This document shows, piece after piece, positions 29,697 to 40,155 of a DNA stretch of 64,000 bases (its first letter is position 1; the number at the start of each line of letters is the position of its first letter). The position numbers were made by a program, and so were the translations under genes. Under the pieces are notes generated by a model. The model made no database searches, was not told the origin of the DNA, and saw only the letters and a list, made by a program, of their open reading frames with translations. Source of the stretch: Methanobacteriota archaeon. GTDB lineage: Archaea > Thermoplasmatota > E2 > DHVEG-1. Location: positions 160,001 through 224,000 of the forward strand of contig CAVYNH010000007.1 in NCBI GenBank assembly GCA_963769885.1, in the 5' to 3' direction.

Positions 29697-31961
29697 GTGT
29701 ACATCACCCAAGAGCACGTCAAACCCGACGCCCTCGAAGCCCGCGACTACCAACGAAACATCGCCGCGGCAGCCCAGAAGGCCAGCACCCTCGTCGTCCT
29801 CCCCACCGGCATGGGCAAAACCATCATCGCCCTCCTCCTCATCGCCGAACACCTCAAAAACCCAACGAACAAGATTCTCTTCCTCGCCCCCACCAAACCC
29901 CTCGTCAACCAACACAGCACATTTCTTAAAACCAATCTTACCACCCCAGACCAAGTCACCACCTTCACCGGCGAGATCAGCCCCGACCAACGCCTCAAGG
30001 ACTGGAACACCCACCACATCATCGTCTCCACCCCCCAAGTCATCGAAAACAACCTCATCGCCAACCGACTCACCCTCCAAGACATCTCCCTCATCGTCTT
30101 CGACGAAGCCCACCGCGCAGTCGGCAACTACTCCTACGTCTTCGTCGCCCAAACCTACCGCCGCCACCGCCAGGACCGCCTTTGCCTTGCCATGACCGCC
30201 TCCCCCGGCAACGATATCCAAAAAATCCTCGAAATCTGCCACAACCTCGAAATCAAAACCATAGAAATCCGCACCCCCACCGACCCCGACGTCCGCCCCT
30301 ACGTCCACGACCTCGACGTCCAATGGAAAGAAATCCCCCTCCCCAAAGAATTCGCTGCCGTCCTCCAACACCTCAGACGCGCCCTCCTCGACCGCCTCCA
30401 CCGCATCAACGACCTCAAACTCACCGAGCCCCTCACCATCACCACCGTCAACCGCAAAAAACTCCTCGAGCTGCAGCAATGCATCCAAGAACGCCTCCGC
30501 AGCACCCCCACCCCCGATGGACGCCTCTACACCGCCGCCTCCACGCAGAACGCCGCCTTCAAGCTCTACCTCGCCATCGAACTCCTCCAGACCCAAGGCG
30601 TCACCGCCCTGCGCAGCTACTTCACCCGCATCCTCCAAGACGCCGCCACGAAAGGAGGCAGCAAAGCCTCCCGCGACCTCGCCAAGGACCCCAATATCCT
30701 CGAAGCCATCGCCCTCACCCGGACCCTCATCATTGATCATCCGAAAATCCCCGAAATCGGCGCGATCATCAAGAATCAATTTCAAGTGAATCCCCATTCA
30801 AAGATCATTGTCTTCACCCACTATCGCGGCACGGCCAACAACGTCGCCACCCACCTCGCCACCATCCCCAGCGTTAGACCCATCCGCTTCGTCGGACAGG
30901 CAGGAAAAGGAGACGATAAGGGCCTCACCCAAAAAGAGCAGATTGAAATCATCCGACGGTTCGAACATGACGACTACAACGTCCTCATCGCCACCTCAGT
31001 CGGCGAAGAAGGCCTCGACATCCCCTCCACCGACCTCGTTATCTTCTACGAACCCGTCCCCTCAGAGATCCGCACCATCCAACGCCGCGGCCGCACCGCC
31101 CGAAAAATGCCGGGTAAAGCCATCATCCTCATCGCTAAAGACACCCCCGACGAAGCCTATTACTGGAGCTCCCGGCACAAAGAAAAACAGATGCACACGG
31201 AGCTGGAAGTCCTCAGATCCTCCCTGCGCCGCCACTTCGATACCAAGCCAGCCCCAGCCACACAAATGACCCTGGGCGAACAGCAAGCAAAACTCACCGA
31301 CTACCACCCCGACAAAACCCTGACCGTCATCGTCGATCACCGCGAATCCCGCAGCCAGGTTATCCGCTGCCTCGCTGGTCACAACATCACCGTCCAGGTC
31401 CAAGACCTCGACATTGGCGACTACATCGTCTCCCAACGCGTCGGCGTCGAACGCAAGACCGTCGACGACTTCCTCAACTCACTCCTCGAAGGAAAACTCT
31501 TCCAGCAGCTCAAGGACCTCCGCCAGACCTTCTCCCGGCCGCTCCTCATCATCGAAGGCGACGGCCTCTTCACCACGCGAAATATCTCCCACGCTGCCCT
31601 CTTCGGCAGCCTCGCCTCCATCCTCATCGACTTCGGCGTTTCCATCATGTCAACCAAAACCCCGCAGGAGACCGCTGACTTCCTTGTTGCCGTCGCCCGC
31701 CGCGAACAACGAGATTCCACAAAACCTGTTGCGGTCCGCGGCGAAAAATGGGCATCTAGCCCCCAGGAACAACAACAGTTCGTCATCGAAGGCCTCCCCA
31801 ACATCTCGGCGGTCCTCGCCAAACGACTCCTCGAACACTTCGGCAGCATCCGCGCCATCGCCAACGCCACCGTCGACGACCTCATGGAAGTGCACGGCAT
31901 CGGAAAAGCGACCGCGCAGGAACTCCATTCACTCATTTCCCGGGAGTATGACGCCTCATAG
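29697..31961 (+). CDS. hef: Hef helicase-nuclease (DEAH + ERCC4 + HhH)
   Basis: PTGMGKT, DEAH, QRRGRTAR, GDY..ERK, HhH repeats. Confidence 0.95.
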   Translation: MYITQEHVKPDALEARDYQRNIAAAAQKASTLVVLPTGMGKTIIALLLIAEHLKNPTNKILFLAPTKPLVNQHSTFLKTNLTTPDQVTTFTGEISPDQRLKDWNTHHIIVSTPQVIENNLIANRLTLQDISLIVFDEAHRAVGNYSYVFVAQTYRRHRQDRLCLAMTASPGNDIQKILEICHNLEIKTIEIRTPTDPDVRPYVHDLDVQWKEIPLPKEFAAVLQHLRRALLDRLHRINDLKLTEPLTITTVNRKKLLELQQCIQERLRSTPTPDGRLYTAASTQNAAFKLYLAIELLQTQGVTALRSYFTRILQDAATKGGSKASRDLAKDPNILEAIALTRTLIIDHPKIPEIGAIIKNQFQVNPHSKIIVFTHYRGTANNVATHLATIPSVRPIRFVGQAGKGDDKGLTQKEQIEIIRRFEHDDYNVLIATSVGEEGLDIPSTDLVIFYEPVPSEIRTIQRRGRTARKMPGKAIILIAKDTPDEAYYWSSRHKEKQMHTELEVLRSSLRRHFDTKPAPATQMTLGEQQAKLTDYHPDKTLTVIVDHRESRSQVIRCLAGHNITVQVQDLDIGDYIVSQRVGVERKTVDDFLNSLLEGKLFQQLKDLRQTFSRPLLIIEGDGLFTTRNISHAALFGSLASILIDFGVSIMSTKTPQETADFLVAVARREQRDSTKPVAVRGEKWASSPQEQQQFVIEGLPNISAVLAKRLLEHFGSIRAIANATVDDLMEVHGIGKATAQELHSLISREYDAS

Positions 31962-32023
31962 TCCTCCATAATATATTTATCCACGATATCCCTTACCCTC
32001 CCCTCATACCAGGGTGATGACGA

Positions 32024-32281
32024 ATGCAGGCAGTGGATAAAAGACTCGACCAGATTTGCGACGGCTTAAACATGATCAGCGAAGACAGCGCTATCCCCAG
32101 GAACATCCGCCGAGGCGCCGAAGAAGTCAAAGCACTCCTTCTCAAACTCGACAACCCCATCGACCTCCGAGTCGCCTCAGCGACCTCAAGACTCGACGAA
32201 CTCGCCAACGACCCAAACATCCCGCTCCACGGTCGAACCCTGATCTGGAACATCATGAGCCGATTGGAGGAATTGGCGTAA
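32024..32281 (+). CDS. UPF0147 family protein
   Basis: IPRNIRR, NDPNIPLHGRTLIW. Confidence 0.88.
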   Translation: MQAVDKRLDQICDGLNMISEDSAIPRNIRRGAEEVKALLLKLDNPIDLRVASATSRLDELANDPNIPLHGRTLIWNIMSRLEELA

Positions 32282-32336
32282 GACCCCTATTCTCACCACA
32301 CCCATGAAATCGACACCCAAACCCTCTGGAGGAAGA

Positions 32337-33209
32337 ATGATTCGGATCGGCCAAGCAGGCATCCCCCTCTCCTGCAAAGGACGCACCAACAAAGACGGCA
32401 TCGTCTACACCCACAAAAACCTCGACCTCAACGCCATCGAAATCCAATTCGTCCGCGGTCTCTACGTCATGCCCGAAGAAGAAGCCGACTTCATCAAAGA
32501 CTACGCGATGAAAAACAACATCGAAATCCACGTCCACGCCCCCTACTACCTCAACCTCGCCGGCGACCAAGAAGAAGTCGACATGAGCTTCGACAAAATC
32601 CTCAAATCCGCTCAAATGGCCCACAACATCGGCGCCAAAAACCTCGTCATCCACCCCGGCTTCTACGGCGACAACGGCGAACGACGCACCCTTAACCTCA
32701 TCGTCAAAAACACCACCCGCGTCGTCGGACTTCTCAAAAAAGAAAAAATAAAAACCAAACTCGCCCTCGAAACCATGGGTAAACAAAAAGTCTTCGGTAG
32801 CATCGACGAAATCATCAACGTCTGCAAACACGTCAAAGACATCGTCCCGGCCATCGACCTCGGCCACATCCACGCCCGCTGCAACGGCTGCCTCAAAGAA
32901 CGCGAAGACTTCGACGTCCTCTTCGACAAACTCAAACCACTCCGCCTCCGCCATTACCTCATCCACATCACCGGCGTCCTCTACGAAAAAGGAAACGAAT
33001 ACTACCACCTCCCCATCAAAAAAGGAGATATGCCCCTCGCTCCCCTCATCGACCTCATCCTCGACAGAAAACTCAACGTCACCCTCATCTCTGAATCCCC
33101 CCTCCTTGAACACGACGCCGTCTACATCAAACTCCAAGTCGAAAAGGCGATTATGAAACGCACCGGAAAGGAAGTCGCCTACTACAAAGATCTCTCAGAG
33201 GTCCAATGA
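32337..33209 (+). CDS. Endonuclease IV-like TIM-barrel protein
   Basis: HAPYYLNL, HPGFY, ETMGK, D.GHIHAR, ISESP. Confidence 0.88.
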   Translation: MIRIGQAGIPLSCKGRTNKDGIVYTHKNLDLNAIEIQFVRGLYVMPEEEADFIKDYAMKNNIEIHVHAPYYLNLAGDQEEVDMSFDKILKSAQMAHNIGAKNLVIHPGFYGDNGERRTLNLIVKNTTRVVGLLKKEKIKTKLALETMGKQKVFGSIDEIINVCKHVKDIVPAIDLGHIHARCNGCLKEREDFDVLFDKLKPLRLRHYLIHITGVLYEKGNEYYHLPIKKGDMPLAPLIDLILDRKLNVTLISESPLLEHDAVYIKLQVEKAIMKRTGKEVAYYKDLSEVQ

Positions 33210-33766
33210 CCCACCCCTACCAAGCCTCCCAACACTTCATCCAAGACGGCATCAGCCGCATCCTTCCCACGGTCAGCGAAAACGACGTCAACCAGCTCAT
33301 CACCGCCTTCTTCGAAGCAAAACGCATCTTCCTCTACGGCGCCGGCCGCTCCGGCCTCGTCGCCAGAGCCTTCGCCATCAGACTCGTCCACCTCGGCTTC
33401 CAAACCTTCGTCATCGGAGAAACTATCGGCGCCCCCGTCCAAAAAGACAACCTCGTCATCCTCATCTCCGGATCAGGAGAAACCATCCCCGCCGTCATGA
33501 CCGCCGACATCGCCCACGGAATTGGCGCCAAAGTCGTCGCCGTCACCGGCGAACCACGCTCAAAGATTACCACCAACGCAGACCTCACTCTCGTCCTCGC
33601 CCCCACCAAGGAAAGTCGCGAACGCAAACGATACGCCCCCCTCGGCACCCTCTTCGAAGCCAGCGCCTGGATCTTCCTCGACAGCATCATCGCCGAACTC
33701 ATGGACCGCAAAAAAGAAACCGAAGAATCCATGCGATCACGACACGCCACCCTCGACCTCCCCTAG
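33206..33766 (+). CDS. hxlB: 6-phospho-3-hexuloisomerase
   Basis: GAGRSG, SGSGET, APLGTLFE, RHA. Confidence 0.9.
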   Translation: MTHPYQASQHFIQDGISRILPTVSENDVNQLITAFFEAKRIFLYGAGRSGLVARAFAIRLVHLGFQTFVIGETIGAPVQKDNLVILISGSGETIPAVMTADIAHGIGAKVVAVTGEPRSKITTNADLTLVLAPTKESRERKRYAPLGTLFEASAWIFLDSIIAELMDRKKETEESMRSRHATLDLP

Positions 33767-33854
33767 CACCGACACATCTCCCCCCTCACTCACTAGAGAT
33801 ATCTTTTTATAACGTATCTTCTTCTACCGCAGTAGGAGCCAGAAAGGTGATGTC

Positions 33855-35606
33855 ATGGCAATCCGCCAACCCATTGTCAGCGTTCTCGGCCACGTCGACC
33901 ACGGAAAAACCTCCTTCCTAGACTACATCAGAGGATCAACCGTCGCCGCCCGGGAATCCGGCGCCATCACCCAACACATCGGCGCCACCGAAGTCCCCAT
34001 CGACGCCATCTACCACCTCTGCGGCAACCTCCTCGGCGGAAAAAAATTCTCCCTCCCCGGCCTCCTCTTCATCGACACTCCCGGACATCACGCTTTCACC
34101 ACCCTCCGATCCCGCGGAGGATCACTCGCGGACCTCGCCGTCCTCGTCATCGACATCCAAGAAACCGTCATGCCCCAGACCCACGAGTCCATCAACATCC
34201 TCAAACAATACAAGACCCCCTTCATCATCGCCGCCAACAAAATCGACGCCATCTCCGGTTGGCAAAAAACCGACAACGTCGGCAAATCACGCATTGACGC
34301 CCAACGCCCCCAGACCAAACAAATCTTCGAAGATAAACTCTACGACATCATCGGCACCATCTACGACAAAGGATTCGACACAGACCTCTACTACAACATC
34401 GCCGACTTCACCAAAGCCATCCCCATCATCCCCATCTCCGCCAAAACCGGCGAAGGCATCCCTGAGATCCTCATGGTCCTCGTCGGCCTCGCCCAACGAT
34501 TCCTCGAAGGCCGACTCGCCGTCGAAACCGGACCGGGAAAAGGCACCGTCCTCGAAGTCAAAGAAGACGTCGGCCTCGGCACGACCATCGACGCCATCAT
34601 CTACGCCGGCACCATCCACAAAGAAGACGAAATCGTCATCGGAACCCAATCCGAGCCAGTCGTCACCCGAATCAAGGCACTCCTCAAACCAAAACCACTC
34701 GATGAAATCCGCGACCCTCGAGAACGCTTCGATAGCGTCAAACAAGTTTCAGCCGCCGCAGGAATCAAGATCTCTGCACCTAACCTCGCCAACGTCGTCC
34801 CCGGCGCCCCCCTCCGAGTCATCGGTGGAGACCGACAAGCGATCATTGACGAAATACGACTCCAGTCCAAGGTCAACATCGAGCTCGACAAAGAAGGCAT
34901 CGTCATAAAGGCAGACACCATCGGATCCCTCGAAGCGCTTGTCAAAGAAGCTCGAGAACAAAAAGGAATCAAAATCAGGCACGTCGACATCGGAAACGTC
35001 TCCAAAAGAGATATTGTGGACACCGCCGCGGTCACCAACCCCCTCGACCGGGTCATCTTCGCCTTCAACGTCAAAGTCCTCCCAGAAGCCAAAGAAGAAC
35101 AAACGACGGCCAATGTCACTGTCTTCAATGAGGACGTCATCTACACGATCATGGAGGATTACGATGAATGGTACGAGAAGACGAAAGCCGAGATGGAACG
35201 GAAGCGCCGTGAAGACTACATCCATCCCGGAATGGTCAAGTTCCTCCCCCAGTACATCTTCCGTGCCAATAACCCTGCCATTATCGGCATCCGGGTGCTG
35301 GCCGGACGCATCAAGGTCGACACGCGCCTTATGAAGGAGGATGGGAAAGTTGTCGGCACCATCCGGGGGATTCAATCCCAGAACAAACCCGTCGAGGAGG
35401 CAATCCAAGGCGACGAGGTCGCCATCTCCATCGATGGACCCACCGTCGGCAGGCAGATTAAAGGCGACGACATCTTCTTCACCGTTATCCCGGAAGGCGA
35501 TGCCAAGAAGCTCCAGGAGCTCGACGTACTCAACGCTGATGAAAAAGACGTGCTTACAAAAATCATCGACATCAACAGGAAGCAGAACAAGTTCTGGGGC
35601 ATGTAA
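33855..35606 (+). CDS. infB: Translation initiation factor aIF5B/IF-2
   Basis: GHVDHGKT, ITQHIGAT, DTPGH, NKID. Confidence 0.97.
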   Translation: MAIRQPIVSVLGHVDHGKTSFLDYIRGSTVAARESGAITQHIGATEVPIDAIYHLCGNLLGGKKFSLPGLLFIDTPGHHAFTTLRSRGGSLADLAVLVIDIQETVMPQTHESINILKQYKTPFIIAANKIDAISGWQKTDNVGKSRIDAQRPQTKQIFEDKLYDIIGTIYDKGFDTDLYYNIADFTKAIPIIPISAKTGEGIPEILMVLVGLAQRFLEGRLAVETGPGKGTVLEVKEDVGLGTTIDAIIYAGTIHKEDEIVIGTQSEPVVTRIKALLKPKPLDEIRDPRERFDSVKQVSAAAGIKISAPNLANVVPGAPLRVIGGDRQAIIDEIRLQSKVNIELDKEGIVIKADTIGSLEALVKEAREQKGIKIRHVDIGNVSKRDIVDTAAVTNPLDRVIFAFNVKVLPEAKEEQTTANVTVFNEDVIYTIMEDYDEWYEKTKAEMERKRREDYIHPGMVKFLPQYIFRANNPAIIGIRVLAGRIKVDTRLMKEDGKVVGTIRGIQSQNKPVEEAIQGDEVAISIDGPTVGRQIKGDDIFFTVIPEGDAKKLQELDVLNADEKDVLTKIIDINRKQNKFWGM

Positions 35607-35666
35607 CAACAATTCTAACTATCAAAAAGGGGAAAAAAGAGGAAAAAAGAAGTAAGAGCGTATTTT

Positions 35667-36077
35667 TTACACTTCTTTTCCGATGTCGTAGATTGCCTTT
35701 ATCGCCAATATACCGGCGGCCGGGGCAATGAATATCGACAAGGTCAGCGAGACTCCAGCGAATAATGGGCCAAGCCAATATCCAATGGTATGGCTAAGAT
35801 TCTGGAACACGCCGTACATGACAAGCAGTGCGATGCTTGCCGTCAGGAACGCTGGGACTTCCGCTTTGGTGATTGTCCCTTTTCCCAGGAAAGCCAGGAT
35901 GCCTACTATCGCGCCAATCACTGCAAGCACCCAGGCGACCATAGATCCGGAATCGGTCGCCATGAAATTGTCTCCGTTCTGTATCGTGTACGCTTGGTAC
36001 AATCCCACGAGTAGGGCGATGATGGTGCCTATGATGAATGCCCATATTGCTAGCTTTCCTACAATTTTGTTTTCCAT
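35667..36077 (-). CDS. Four-helix membrane protein
   Basis: Hydrophobic segments; AGGAGAG SD-like site. Confidence 0.7.
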   Translation of the reverse strand: MENKIVGKLAIWAFIIGTIIALLVGLYQAYTIQNGDNFMATDSGSMVAWVLAVIGAIVGILAFLGKGTITKAEVPAFLTASIALLVMYGVFQNLSHTIGYWLGPLFAGVSLTLSIFIAPAAGILAIKAIYDIGKEV

Positions 36078-36189
36078 AGCTTTGACTCTCCTCAACTATT
36101 CTTGGAGTTATCCGGCTCAATATTGAAGTCTTCTATTTAAGAGTTCCTCTTTTTTCAGACCAGGAGGCGTTATCCTAGGAGAAACCGTA

Positions 36190-36651
36190 TCACCGTTCTT
36201 CCGTCAACCATGCTTCATCAATGCGGGTATAGGAGGCGAGTTCCTCTTCGGAGAACCACAAGTCGATCTCTTTCTGCGCATTCTCAAGGCTGTCTGAGCC
36301 GTGGACGATGTTGCGGCCGATGAACTGCCCGAAATCCCCCCGAATCGTGCCCATCTCCGCTTTCTGAGGATCAGTCTTGCCCATCATATTGCGGGCCATC
36401 TCGACGGCGTTGAAGCCTTCCAGGACCATGGCGACGACCGGAGATGATGTGATATAGGCGACGGTCGGCTCAAAGAAGGGTTTCCCATGGTGGACACCGT
36501 AATGTTGTTCAGCTAAGGTTCGATCGACTGCGACTAGTTTCATGGCAACAATCTTGAGTCCTTTCCGTTCGAATCGGGTGATAATTTCGCCGACGAGGCC
36601 TCGTTGTACCCCATCGGGTTTGACCATGACGAATGTACGCTGCGTGGACAT
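36190..36651 (-). CDS. ndk: Nucleoside diphosphate kinase
   Basis: [21 protein letters not shown]. Confidence 0.96.
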   Translation of the reverse strand: MSTQRTFVMVKPDGVQRGLVGEIITRFERKGLKIVAMKLVAVDRTLAEQHYGVHHGKPFFEPTVAYITSSPVVAMVLEGFNAVEMARNMMGKTDPQKAEMGTIRGDFGQFIGRNIVHGSDSLENAQKEIDLWFSEEELASYTRIDEAWLTEER

Positions 36652-36700
36652 CGGTGACACCTACAGGTAGGCATCGTGCCCTGGCTTATGAAACTAACGT

Positions 36701-37450
36701 TTAGATGCCGATGGATTTCCCGAAGAAAAACAGGGTGATACTCGTCACATTAACGAGGATATGAGCGAGGATGGAGGAGTAGAGGTTCTTCGTTCTGATG
36801 ACAACGACGGCGAAGACGAGGCCAAGCATGGTAGCCATCACCGCGGTATAAAACATCCCATATGAGAGGTGGGCGATGCCGAAGAGAACGGCTGAGGATA
36901 CGACTCCGACCCAGGGTCTAGACAACGCGGAGATTTTTTCGAGGAGAAACCCTCGGAAGAAGATCTCTTCGGCTATCGGTTGGACGGTGATGAGGACAAC
37001 GAGTGTTGGAATGGAGAAGAGCTGTTCGAGCTGTGGGATGTTGCTCATCTTTGTGACGTCAACGCCAAATTGCAGGATGACGAGATCGAGGGCTACAGAA
37101 ATGACGAAGGCGGTGACGGCGGCGATAAAACCCCAGAGCAGGGCGTTTCCGAGACCTTCTCGGCGAAGGCCGAGCCGTTGGAATGTTTCCCGCAATCGGA
37201 GGTTGTTGACGAGGATATACCAGATGATGGGGATGACGACCATGAGGATGACGACGAAGAGTAAGGAAAATAGGAGAACGTAGACCTCAATGATGGTCTT
37301 TATGACTCCTGAATAATTGCTGCCTATCCCGTTTGAAGTTGGGAAGGGTTGGAAGTACGCTATCGCCGCATAGACAATGAGCAGGAAGAATGAGATTGCC
37401 ATGAGGAACAATGCGAGTATATGCTTTGGCTTACGGAAGTCAAAGTCCAT
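36701..37450 (-). CDS. CPBP/CAAX intramembrane protease
   Basis: EEIFFRG, FGIAH, AHILVN. Confidence 0.9.
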   Translation of the reverse strand: MDFDFRKPKHILALFLMAISFFLLIVYAAIAYFQPFPTSNGIGSNYSGVIKTIIEVYVLLFSLLFVVILMVVIPIIWYILVNNLRLRETFQRLGLRREGLGNALLWGFIAAVTAFVISVALDLVILQFGVDVTKMSNIPQLEQLFSIPTLVVLITVQPIAEEIFFRGFLLEKISALSRPWVGVVSSAVLFGIAHLSYGMFYTAVMATMLGLVFAVVVIRTKNLYSSILAHILVNVTSITLFFFGKSIGI

Positions 37451-37561
37451 AGGCGGCTATCAACAGGCGAAGGCTAAATAAAGATTGTTACCAGGCTTCC
37501 TAAAGACTCATTAGACAGCTAGAAAATGGAATAATTTGTAAAGAAAAAAGGTGAAGCTGTT

Positions 37562-39760
37562 CTATGGTCCTGTCCAGAGTGCCAAGACATCTCCACCGCA
37601 ATCGGGGGTTTCTGCCTTCTTTGAAAGGTCTGATGGCTGTAGCTGCCAGACTCGATTCGTCGCCCCACCAATGTACAAATACACACCATCATAGCTGATC
37701 TCATCGATGGCACCACCATAATTGCTACTCTCTCCGACTTTCGTGAGATTCGTTGGCCAATACTTGAACACCTTCTGAGTGTTATGACCGCCCGCATAGA
37801 GATACGTGCCGTCGAAGCACAGGGTGTAGATGGTGCCTCCATATGGGGCGCTGTTGATTTCGGCTAAGTCAGATGCTCGATACTGTAACACCACCCCTCC
37901 CTGGTAGGGGCTGGTGGATCCAACGAATATGCTTGAACCTACCGCCAAGACGCTCCAAAAACGACCACCATCAACGTTAGCCACATGCCGCACGGTCATG
38001 TTCGAAGTCCAGAATTGGTAGATATAGCCATACCCCCAATCAAGCCCTCCGACAGCATACAGATAGCCTCCCTGGCAGCTCAAACCGCAGACGCCGTTAT
38101 CCGGCAGAACAATGCTTTCTTGTTTTTTCGTCAGGTTCGATGCCCAGAATTGAGCGACCCTATTGACAGAGGGCCAACCGCCAGCGTAGACATATGTTCC
38201 GTCACAGGCGAGGTCACTTACGATGCCCCAATTAGCGCTTACCGTTCTTATCGTAAGGTTTGACGGCCAGAGCTGCCAGATAGCCCCCTGGTTTCCGGCG
38301 GTATACAAATATTGGCCATCGCTGATAACATCGTTCAGTTTGGTCCCGTAGTTTCCACTCTCCAAATTCTTAGTGAGATCCTCCTTAGAATAGCGGGCTA
38401 TGGTTTGTGACTCCCCACCCACATATAAGTACGGATCGATTCCTTCCTTGATGACTGTGAAAGTGAAAACCTGATGGTTCGGATTGGTTCCATCAGTCGC
38501 ATTCAGATACCACGTGTATGTCGTGTCGTATTGAAGTAAGCTTGTTTGGATGGGAACACTGTACCGTCCATTACTGACGTGAGTGCCACTTCCCGAACCT
38601 ATTGCAGGATTCGTCTGTAATGTCCAGTCAATCGGATCATTTTGATGGTCATGAAGTGTAAAATTCAGGCTTGAGAGTGTAATCGGGACATAATACGCAC
38701 CGTTGATTGGAGCTGGATCGAGGATCTGAGGAGCGAAATATTCGGTGGTGAATGTGAAGGTCTTCGTGACTAAGTCTTTGGTATCGCTGACCTGGACCGC
38801 CCAGCTATATGTCGTCGAACTTTGGAGGCCGCTGATTGGGATTGTGTAGGTCCCATCGAGTTTCAGGTTGCCGTTCCCGCCGCCGACGTCCGGGGAGGTG
38901 GTGACGCTGTAGCTCATCCGGTCGCCGTCTGCGTCTTGGATGTGGAATTGGAGTTGGGTAGTGGTGATAGGGACGTAGGTTGCGCCGTTGAGGGGGTAGA
39001 CGGCAGAGATTTCAGGGGGGTTGTTGGGCGGCCATTGTTCGATGTAGTCTGCGGTGACTTTGGTGTAAGCCGCATATCCTATGAGGCCGTAGCCGCAGAG
39101 GGGCGGGAGGAACACGCTGAAGCCGATGCCCCAGAAGCCGAGGGCGAGGCCCTGCTGGCTTCCCTCAGCGATGAACCCGGTCCGGGAGACAAGGCCGCCG
39201 ACTGAGGTGATCCCGTATGAGGTCTTCCATCCGACGAACAGGCGGGGGATCGGGAGTTGGATAATAGGGATGAGCCTGGGGAGGATGATGATGGGGAAGG
39301 CGCTGCCGGACCCGGAGGTGGCGAAGTTACAGAGAAACTCTCGGTCGGTCGTCCCATAGGGGAGAAGCGAGGCGTGGGCTGCGGCGTGGGCGGCGAGGTG
39401 TTCGCCGTATTGCTGGAGCTGGGTGTGGACCTCGGTCGCGGTCATGCCTTTGGGGAGGAGGCCGAAGGCCTCCGCCTTAGCAAGGAGTTGCTGTTGGAGG
39501 GCTTGGGTTTTGGTGGATTGGGGATTGTCTGCGGTCGCCTTTGTATACTTGGTGAGAAGGGTCTGGAAATCTTGGGCGGCCTGCATTGTGACAGTGACGG
39601 TTTTTGGTGTACCACCGAAATAGCAGGTGATCTTCGTCACTTCGTTTTTCTCTTGCTCTATGGTGTTTGAGGCTTGGTGCGATATCCAGGAGGCTGGTAC
39701 AGTGGAGCTGGTCAATATGAGAATAATAATAACGATTGAGAGGAGTATCTTGTTTTTCAT
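37562..39760 (-). CDS. Secreted protein with two Ig/FN3-like repeats and a beta-propeller
   Basis: Signal peptide; DADGD..TYSW repeats; DG.YLY.GG..W.SNLT repeats. Confidence 0.75.
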   Translation of the reverse strand: MKNKILLSIVIIILILTSSTVPASWISHQASNTIEQEKNEVTKITCYFGGTPKTVTVTMQAAQDFQTLLTKYTKATADNPQSTKTQALQQQLLAKAEAFGLLPKGMTATEVHTQLQQYGEHLAAHAAAHASLLPYGTTDREFLCNFATSGSGSAFPIIILPRLIPIIQLPIPRLFVGWKTSYGITSVGGLVSRTGFIAEGSQQGLALGFWGIGFSVFLPPLCGYGLIGYAAYTKVTADYIEQWPPNNPPEISAVYPLNGATYVPITTTQLQFHIQDADGDRMSYSVTTSPDVGGGNGNLKLDGTYTIPISGLQSSTTYSWAVQVSDTKDLVTKTFTFTTEYFAPQILDPAPINGAYYVPITLSSLNFTLHDHQNDPIDWTLQTNPAIGSGSGTHVSNGRYSVPIQTSLLQYDTTYTWYLNATDGTNPNHQVFTFTVIKEGIDPYLYVGGESQTIARYSKEDLTKNLESGNYGTKLNDVISDGQYLYTAGNQGAIWQLWPSNLTIRTVSANWGIVSDLACDGTYVYAGGWPSVNRVAQFWASNLTKKQESIVLPDNGVCGLSCQGGYLYAVGGLDWGYGYIYQFWTSNMTVRHVANVDGGRFWSVLAVGSSIFVGSTSPYQGGVVLQYRASDLAEINSAPYGGTIYTLCFDGTYLYAGGHNTQKVFKYWPTNLTKVGESSNYGGAIDEISYDGVYLYIGGATNRVWQLQPSDLSKKAETPDCGGDVLALWTGP

Positions 39761-40080
39761 ATGCTCGTCCTTCCTTTAACCCCGTAAATAAGAAGAATAT
39801 TCTCGTATTTATTTCTTTCCAAATGCTCAGATAAAGAACGGCGTGGAAACCCTTTGTGGAGGATGTCACGCTCTATATTCTTTTTACAATTTTTTAGTTT
39901 TTTTCTGATTCAATACGAGTTTACTCTTTCAATTGTGTGGAGGCAGTCTGGCGGTAACATGAAATTGGATCAGGGCTTTTCTTTTATACCCATAGTCGGA
40001 ATCTGTAATGATTTGTTTACAGATTTGATACCCGAATAAGTATTTTTAAATATCCCATGTCCGTTCACCCTTTCACTCCT

Positions 40081-40155
40081 GGGCCTGTAGGGTAGCTTGG
40101 TCCATCCTTTTAGCTTTGGGAGCTAGAGACTCCAGTTCAAATCTGGACAGGCCCA
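40081..40155 (+). tRNA. tRNA-Pro(TGG)
   Basis: GGGCCTG/CAGGCCC acceptor stem, TT-TGG-GA loop, GTTCAAATC; TTTTTAAAT box upstream. Confidence 0.95.

Noticed and set aside
29667-35612. Long antisense ORFs (e.g. 29667-30797, 32253-33137, 34749-35612; also 51284-52561, 62812-63771)
   Set aside because: Shadows of strongly biased real genes; V/G/D/E-rich translations with no motifs.
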